A stretch of 64,000 nt of DNA from assembly GCA_965198065.1 (NCBI GenBank), contig CBDAON010000003.1, forward strand, positions 6,230 through 70,229, written 5' to 3'. This DNA is from Longimicrobiales bacterium (GTDB lineage Bacteria > Gemmatimonadota > Gemmatimonadetes > Longimicrobiales > Gaopeijiaceae). The position numbers were made by a program, and so were the translations under genes. Position 1 is the stretch's first letter. Every line of letters begins with the position of its first letter. A model generated the notes under the pieces. It saw only the letters and a list, made by a program, of their open reading frames with translations, was not told where the DNA came from and searched no databases. Positions 58,215-64,000 of this stretch are shown here, piece by piece.

Positions 58215-58781
58215 CAATGCGGGCGGTGGTCGAGGCGGATCACCTGCCGGGCTACTCCATAAGCTCAGGACCTTCTTCCGGTTTAGGAAGAGACCAGCAT
58301 ATCCGTGCGGCCTTCCTCAAAAGCAGGAAGCTACCGCGAGCTCCGGAAGTATCTCACGGCCTTCGACTGGATCGTGGTCGATTGCCCGCCTTCGGCCGAC
58401 TCCCCCATCTCGCGGAGTGCGTTGCTCGTCTCTGACCTGGCGCTCGTCCCCATGATCCCCTCCCCCCCCGACCTGTGGGCAGGCGTAGCGATCCGGCAAG
58501 TCCTGGATGACGTCATGGCAGTCAACGAAACCCTGGTGGCGCGGATCGTTGTGAACCAGCGTAAGCCACACACCCGCCTGGCTGCGCGTGGCGGAAAGCT
58601 TCCCGGTCGCCGATCTGCGTCGCCAGGACCGGAATGCCGTAGCGGGGGAGGAGGTCCCGGGTCCGCGCCGGCCGCGGGGCTCACTGTCGCTGACCTTCCT
58701 CGAGCTCGGCCAGCAGCGGCCGAGATTGAGGCGTTCACCGACAAGGTTGTCGCGATCATGAACGGAGATCGCGGAGCATGA
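58215..58781 (+). pseudogene. ParA-family partition ATPase relic (no Walker A, several frameshifts)
   Basis: FDWIVVDCPPS..SDLALVPMIPSPPDLWA..ARIVVNQRKPHTRLA..AGLTVADL..AAAEIEAFTDKV, with parts in alternative frames. Confidence 0.65.
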
Positions 58782-59170
58782 GCGCGGCCAAGGATCCGCT
58801 CGATGGGCTGGCCGACTCGCTGGACGCGGAGGAGGAGGCCGTGGGGCGGCGCTTCCGCGAGGCCGAGCGCTTCACCCAGGGGCTGCCCCCTGCGGGCGCG
58901 TCGGAGGAGACGGAGGCTCCGAGCCCGGCGCCGGTGGCGCGATCTGTGCAGAGCTCGGGCGTCGTCCGTACTCAGTTCAGCTTCCCGGTCGAGGATCACA
59001 AGCTCATCGAAACGCTCCAGACACGGGGTCTGCGTCAGGGCTTGAGGCTCACCCGAAGCCAGATCGTTCGGGCAGGCCTCCGAGCCCTCGACGCCATGAC
59101 TCCAGGGGAGTTCGGCGAGACCGTGGAGCAGAGCGAGCCCTTGAAGCCAGGGCGGAAACCGAGCTCGTGA
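58778..59170 (+). CDS. Putative centromere-binding partition protein (RHH/ParG-like C-terminus)
   Basis: ATGA overlap with the parA relic stop. VRTQFSFPVEDHKLIETLQTRGLRQGLRLTRSQIVRAGLRAL. Confidence 0.45.
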   Translation: MSAAKDPLDGLADSLDAEEEAVGRRFREAERFTQGLPPAGASEETEAPSPAPVARSVQSSGVVRTQFSFPVEDHKLIETLQTRGLRQGLRLTRSQIVRAGLRALDAMTPGEFGETVEQSEPLKPGRKPSS

Positions 59171-59441
59171 AGAGCTTCTCAGACGCCAGGTGCCGACGTG
59201 GCCAGACTAACCTCTTTCACTCGCGCGTCCCTTGGGGTCCCGCGTGATCTTTCGGGCCGCCATCGCTTGCCCCTTTCCGTTTCCGGTAACACTTCCATTT
59301 CCGCCCTGAACCTCCCGGAACGACCCAGAGAGAGTATGGCAGGAGGGAGACGGCCGTGGATGCCGCGACGCTAGCGATGCCGAGAAAACCAGCCCCACCA
59401 AGCAAGGTGATCCTTCCATCAGCCCTCCAACACTCGCCGGT

Positions 59442-60155
59442 ATGGTAGCCATGCGCCTCCTGCTCGCTCTTCTGGTATCTCTCGCTGCTGTTGTGCCCGA
59501 GTCGGCACGGGCTCAGGATCCAGAGACGGCCCCCCCCTTCGTCGCTGGCGGTCACCTGCTCTTTGCAACTCCCACTGGGCCGTTTGCCGAGAATGTGGAC
59601 TTCGGTTTCGGGCTGGGTGGACACGGACGCTACGTGGTGGATGACGGCGGGATCCTGAGCCTCCGGCTCGATCTAGGCTTCATCAACTACGGGAACGAGA
59701 CGATCCGTATCTGTGTCATCCTACCCTGCCGGGTCACCGGGGACCTGACGACCGATAACAACATCTTCCTTCTCGGAATCGGACCGGAGATCGGGGGAGG
59801 CTCAGATTCCATCCGGCTGTATGCCAACGCCTCCATCGGATTCGCCCATTTTTCCACGACTTCTTCCGTAAATGGGTCGAATGATGTCGGGAATCCCTTT
59901 GCATCGTCTACCAACTTCCAGGATGCCACATTCGCCTGGACGGCAGGGCCCGGCCTGCAGCTCCGGGTGTGGACAGACGAGCAGGCGTCGGTCTCACTCG
60001 ATGTGTTCGCCCGATATAACGGGAACGGTGAAGCACGCTACCTCAGGAAGGGAGACATCCAGGACCAGCCCGACGGGAGCGTCCTCCTGAATCCGCGGCA
60101 AAGCGAGACGAACTTCTGGACGATCGGGCTTGGAGTGTCCGCGAGATGGCGGTGA
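59442..60155 (+). CDS. Outer-membrane beta-barrel protein
   Basis: Signal peptide ..ARAQD, alternating strand pattern, C-terminal GLGVSARWR. Confidence 0.65.
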   Translation: MVAMRLLLALLVSLAAVVPESARAQDPETAPPFVAGGHLLFATPTGPFAENVDFGFGLGGHGRYVVDDGGILSLRLDLGFINYGNETIRICVILPCRVTGDLTTDNNIFLLGIGPEIGGGSDSIRLYANASIGFAHFSTTSSVNGSNDVGNPFASSTNFQDATFAWTAGPGLQLRVWTDEQASVSLDVFARYNGNGEARYLRKGDIQDQPDGSVLLNPRQSETNFWTIGLGVSARWR

Positions 60156-60367
60156 GGCATGGAACGAGAAACGACGCTTCGGTGTCCCAGCGTTTGCCGT
60201 CGAAGCGCCGATCCTGAGGAATAGCTAGGACACGTCAACTGGGATCGGGTAGATACAAGGGAGGTTCACCTGATCCCCCGTGCGGAGTGCAAGGCACCCG
60301 CCGAGGAGAGCGATCTGTGGAAAAGAACGTTCGGCCCACCTCTGGCCTGGGCTCTGCAAGGCATCAA

Positions 60368-61126
60368 ATGTTTTTTGTATTATCGACCTTTCTCATGCTA
60401 GGCAGTGGCGGTCCCGCGAGCGCGTCACAGCAACGGCCCCGGAGCGCCCTTTTCGATCGGGCGGGGACTCACGCGAGCGTCTTCGTAGGCTACGCTCGGA
60501 CAGGCAACCGGATCATTGATATCGACGGTTTTGCGAACTGGGGCAATTCCGGTTCGATTCTCGACTATGCGGATGCTGGACTTGTGGTAGGCACGCTGGT
60601 AGGGAAGAAGTTTGATTTTGGCGACGTACCTCTCAGGCTCGAGGTAGACGCTACGTTCGGCAACTTGTCGGCCAATACGGACCGGCTCGATCCAGAGGGT
60701 CTGGACGAGACGGCAGAATCGGAGTTTCGAGGGATCACCACGGCCCGTGCAGGTGTCGAGCAAGCCATCGGTCCTGCAACGGCATTCGCAACCGTCGGTA
60801 TTGCGGTCGCCGGGATCGCAAATTCTGTAACCGACATTGATTTCAGACAGGGCGAAATGCCGCGAGTCGACCCCGATGATAGCTTTCGTGACAGCGCTTT
60901 GAGCATCGGTGGGGTGATCGGGGTTGGTGTCGAAACCCCACTGGCCGATACCTGGACGTTGCGACTCGAAGGCTTATATCTGGATTTCGACGGGAAGACC
61001 CATTTCGTAAACAGATCCGGCGACAACAGATGTGGACCAAGGAGAAATCGAAGGCCTTGCTCCTACAATCTTGATAACACTCTCAGTACCGTGCGCTTGG
61101 CGATAATTCGTAGATTCGGCGGGTAG
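60368..61126 (+). CDS. Outer-membrane beta-barrel protein (OmpW/opacity-like)
   Basis: ATG 60368 gives a signal peptide MFFVLSTFLMLGSGGPASA; C-terminal VRLAIIRRFGG. Confidence 0.65.
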   Translation: MFFVLSTFLMLGSGGPASASQQRPRSALFDRAGTHASVFVGYARTGNRIIDIDGFANWGNSGSILDYADAGLVVGTLVGKKFDFGDVPLRLEVDATFGNLSANTDRLDPEGLDETAESEFRGITTARAGVEQAIGPATAFATVGIAVAGIANSVTDIDFRQGEMPRVDPDDSFRDSALSIGGVIGVGVETPLADTWTLRLEGLYLDFDGKTHFVNRSGDNRCGPRRNRRPCSYNLDNTLSTVRLAIIRRFGG

Positions 61127-61553
61127 CGGATATCGTCCTGCTCAAGGAATTACGCCGTCGCAGTGAGAGACTTTCGGCGGGTGATTTCGTTAGTTAGGGG
61201 TTCCACATCTACTCCCCGATATTGTGCTCCTGCCCCCAGGACAACGGCTCAGGACCGCGCCGTTCCCGAGACGCCGGAAGGCTCCTACGGTTCGGGTCTA
61301 GTCTAGAAATCAAGCTGGCTGATCATGCCCTGATGGGCCTTGCCCGAATGCCTACAGGCGGTCCTCAGCGCCGCGAGGACCTGATGGAGCCTCCTAGCGG
61401 CCGTAGTAGCGAGCGACGGCGCCGCGGCCCGTGAGGCGTCCCCGATCCATCGGGCCGGAGCTCCACGTCTCCCCACGTGAGGGCGGCGGCTTCGATTCTC
61501 GCTATAGCATTCGCCAGTGGCGGCGCATACCCCGCGGTCAGGTCTGGCTGTAG

Positions 61554-62486
61554 CTAGAAATGATGCTTCATTCCAAGACTGACTCCCACAAAGGAAAAAC
61601 CGTCGGTCGACATCGTACCGTCCACGGGCTCACTGCCATCGCGCCGCAGATTCGGCACATGGCTGCGCAACGGATCCCAGACCACGGTACCTGCAAATTC
61701 ACCCAAGCTCATCCAGCGAGCCCTGAGTCCTACCGACACCGTTTCCGACACCGGGTAATCGAATCCAGCGAGAATCTGGTAACTGGTCTGTGTATCCCCC
61801 ATGGTGGCCTGCGCCGAGCTGGACGTGCCGGCTAGATTGCGCGCGATTTGATCGGCGTTGGGCTGGTCTCGACCCGTGTCTATGGCCACCGGATCCGTGT
61901 TTCTGGACCACACGCTCGCGTAGTCTGCATTCGTTCTCCCAATCCCCATACCCAACCCCACGAACGGCGTGAAGCCCCCGGCCACGCCAGGCAGGTCCAG
62001 GTACACGTTGCCCATCAGGCTCTTCGATTCGACGAGACCCAACCACTCCTGCGCCAAGAACAGTTCGTCGCTCAGCTTGTCGGCATTGACCCCCTGGGCG
62101 GCGAGCACCCCGGACCGCTGGGAGTAGTTGGAGCTCCTCATCACGTACTCTACCTCTGCCCGCACCATGCCGTGCAACCGGTATCCCATCACAGCGCTCA
62201 TCGCAACGCCACCGGCTCTATCGAACGGCACACTCCAACTGTCTCCCACGCCACGTGCCGCGTCGGTGCAGCCAGGTACGGACGCATATAGCGGGTTGAT
62301 GAACTCATCGCAGATGCTGGCGCGATCATTGCTGTCACCCGTCATGGTCACCGCAGACGATAAGAGAGTTCCTAGTTCTGCGCCCACATAGAACCGTCGC
62401 TCGCCTTGTGCCAGAGCGGGCGTGGCCATGGGAAAGAGCACGGTACAAGTCACGATGAGAGAATACAGACAGCGGCTTCGTATCAT
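61554..62486 (-). CDS. Outer-membrane beta-barrel protein
   Basis: Signal peptide ..ATPALAQG, YVGAELG first strand, terminal ..GVSLGMKHHF. Confidence 0.7.
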   Translation of the reverse strand: MIRSRCLYSLIVTCTVLFPMATPALAQGERRFYVGAELGTLLSSAVTMTGDSNDRASICDEFINPLYASVPGCTDAARGVGDSWSVPFDRAGGVAMSAVMGYRLHGMVRAEVEYVMRSSNYSQRSGVLAAQGVNADKLSDELFLAQEWLGLVESKSLMGNVYLDLPGVAGGFTPFVGLGMGIGRTNADYASVWSRNTDPVAIDTGRDQPNADQIARNLAGTSSSAQATMGDTQTSYQILAGFDYPVSETVSVGLRARWMSLGEFAGTVVWDPLRSHVPNLRRDGSEPVDGTMSTDGFSFVGVSLGMKHHF

Positions 62487-62756
62487 GATGTTTTAGTCCC
62501 CTGACAAGGTTGTGCTGAAAAACGAAAGTGTTGCAGTCCGTCCCTTCTCTCAGACCCCCAACAACACGAGCCATTTGTCCAGATCGCAATTAGTTGGCGG
62601 CGAATTCAGTCCTCAGAATGTCGATATACTGTTGGCCGATCAAGTCCCGGAGCTCCTGTAAACACGACACGGAACAGGACGACTCATGCGACCTTCGTGT
62701 TCTTCGAGGACGCGCGTCTCGGTTTCGACGCGTTCCTGGGCCAGCTCTGGTGACGT

Positions 62757-64000
62757 GACCCCCTGAAACGAGACCAGGGCGGATGTTAGGATCCGGGCAC
62801 TTGGTCCCAGCTAGAGGGAGGTCAGCATGGGCAGGAGGAGGCATACCCCGGAGCAGATCATCACGGCACTTCGGGAGGCGGAAGTTGCACTAGCGAACGG
62901 GAAGACGGTGGGCGAGGTGGGGCGCCAGCTGGGGTCAGCGAGCAGACGTACTACCGGTGGCGGAAGGAGTTCGGGGGGATGAAGGTGGACCAGGCACGCC
63001 ACGTGAAAGAGCTCGAGCAGGAGAACGGGCGCCTGAAGCGAGCGGTGGCGAACCTGACGCTGGACAAGCTGATCCTGGAGGAAGCGGCGAAGGGAAACTT
63101 CTGAGCCCCGAGCGAAGACGCAGGGCGGTGGTGCATGTACGTCAGCAGCTCGGGGCGTCGGAGAGGAGAGCGTGCCGGGTGCTCGGGCAGCCACGCACGA
63201 CCCAGCGCCGGGCGAGGAGAGTGGCGAGTGACGAGGGGGCGCTCCGAGGTGATATCGTGCGACTCGCGAGTCGATTCGGCCGCTACGGCTAGCGACGCGT
63301 CACGGACACGCTCCGCATCGAGGGCTGGGGGGTGAAGCACAAGCGGGTGGAGCGGATCTGGAGGCAGGAGGGGCTGAAGGTCCCGGAGCGGCAGCCGAAG
63401 CGAGGTCGGCTGTGGCTCAACGACGGATCGTGCATCCGGCTGAGGCCGCTGTATCGGGGCCACGTCTGGTCGTACGACTTCGTGGCCTCGAGGACGCACG
63501 ACGGGCGTGCGCTGAAGCTGCTGACAGTGCTGGACGAGCACACGAGGGAGTGCCTGGCGATCGTGGTGGCTCGCAAGATCCGCTCGCACGACGTGCTCGA
63601 GGTGCTGGACGATCTGTTCGTCCGACACGGGCCCTCCCGAGTATCTGAGGTCGGACAACGGACCGGAGTTCACCGCGAAGCCCGTGCGGCGGTGGTTGGG
63701 GCGCGTGGGCGTCGAGACGCTCTTTATCGAGCCGGGCAGCCCGTGGGAGAACGGCTACAACGAGAGCTTCAACGGCAAGCTCAGGGACGAGCTGTTGAAC
63801 GGGGAGATCTTCTGCTCGTTGGCGGAGGCGGCCGTGCTGGTCGAGCAATGGAGGCGCGAGTACGATACCGTCCGACCCCACAGCGCCTGCGGCGGCTTTC
63901 CCCCGGCCCCTGAGGCGATTAAGCCGTCGCCCTGGTTCCTGAGGATGCCCGTCCTTCACCGCCCTCCACAGGTGCTGGGACTAACATAGGTTGTGGTACC
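62757..64000 (+). mobile_element. IS3-family element, copy 2, degenerate (continues past the window end)
   Basis: Left end TGACCCCCTGAAACGAGACCAGG. orfA ATG 62826 is frameshifted at GGGG 62931-62934. orfB carries RYG-TAG-RRVTD and a frameshift near 63620 (VRHGP/PEYLRSDNGPEFTA). The DDE core is otherwise recognisable. Confidence 0.85.

Overview
High-GC (by eye roughly 65-70%) bacterial segment with diderm hallmarks: porins, a LolA-like protein and beta-barrel OMPs. The first ~35 kb is ordinary chromosome. It holds a histidine kinase/response regulator pair, a PAS-GGDEF-EAL protein, porin O/P, an orphan molybdopterin oxidoreductase large subunit, rhomboid, PEBP, an SLC12-like transporter, a Kelch lipoprotein, NmrA, a CDGSH protein, a Zn-ADH, an ECF-sigma module and a TetR-MMPL-LolA-like-OMP operon. 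From ~35.4 kb to the end, apart from thrC, it is mostly layered mobile-element debris. This includes a group II intron, two tRNA 3'-half scars, HigBA, an MmeI/PglX-like methylase N-terminus fused to an SDR tail, and VirB4/VirB9 relics. It also includes IS4-, IS481-, IS3- (two copies plus a solo end) and IS1595-family elements, one intact xis/int pair, one disabled P4-like integrase, three integrase-tail relics and parA/parG relics. The most interesting object is a 3.8-kb IS1595-family cargo transposon (50371-54208, perfect 8-bp target duplication). Its passengers include an HNH protein, a DUF3800 protein, an HTH protein and a 103-nt Leu-like class II tRNA with a proline anticodon (UGG) and a 34-nt variable arm. 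A second window-wide signal is an unusual load of single-base frameshifts (where I located the switch point it is at a G/C/A homopolymer) and in-frame TAG/TGA codons in otherwise intact-looking genes; this could be sequencing error or real decay. No rRNA and no CRISPR array were seen. All family assignments come from reading the translations and recalling family motifs; no searches were run.
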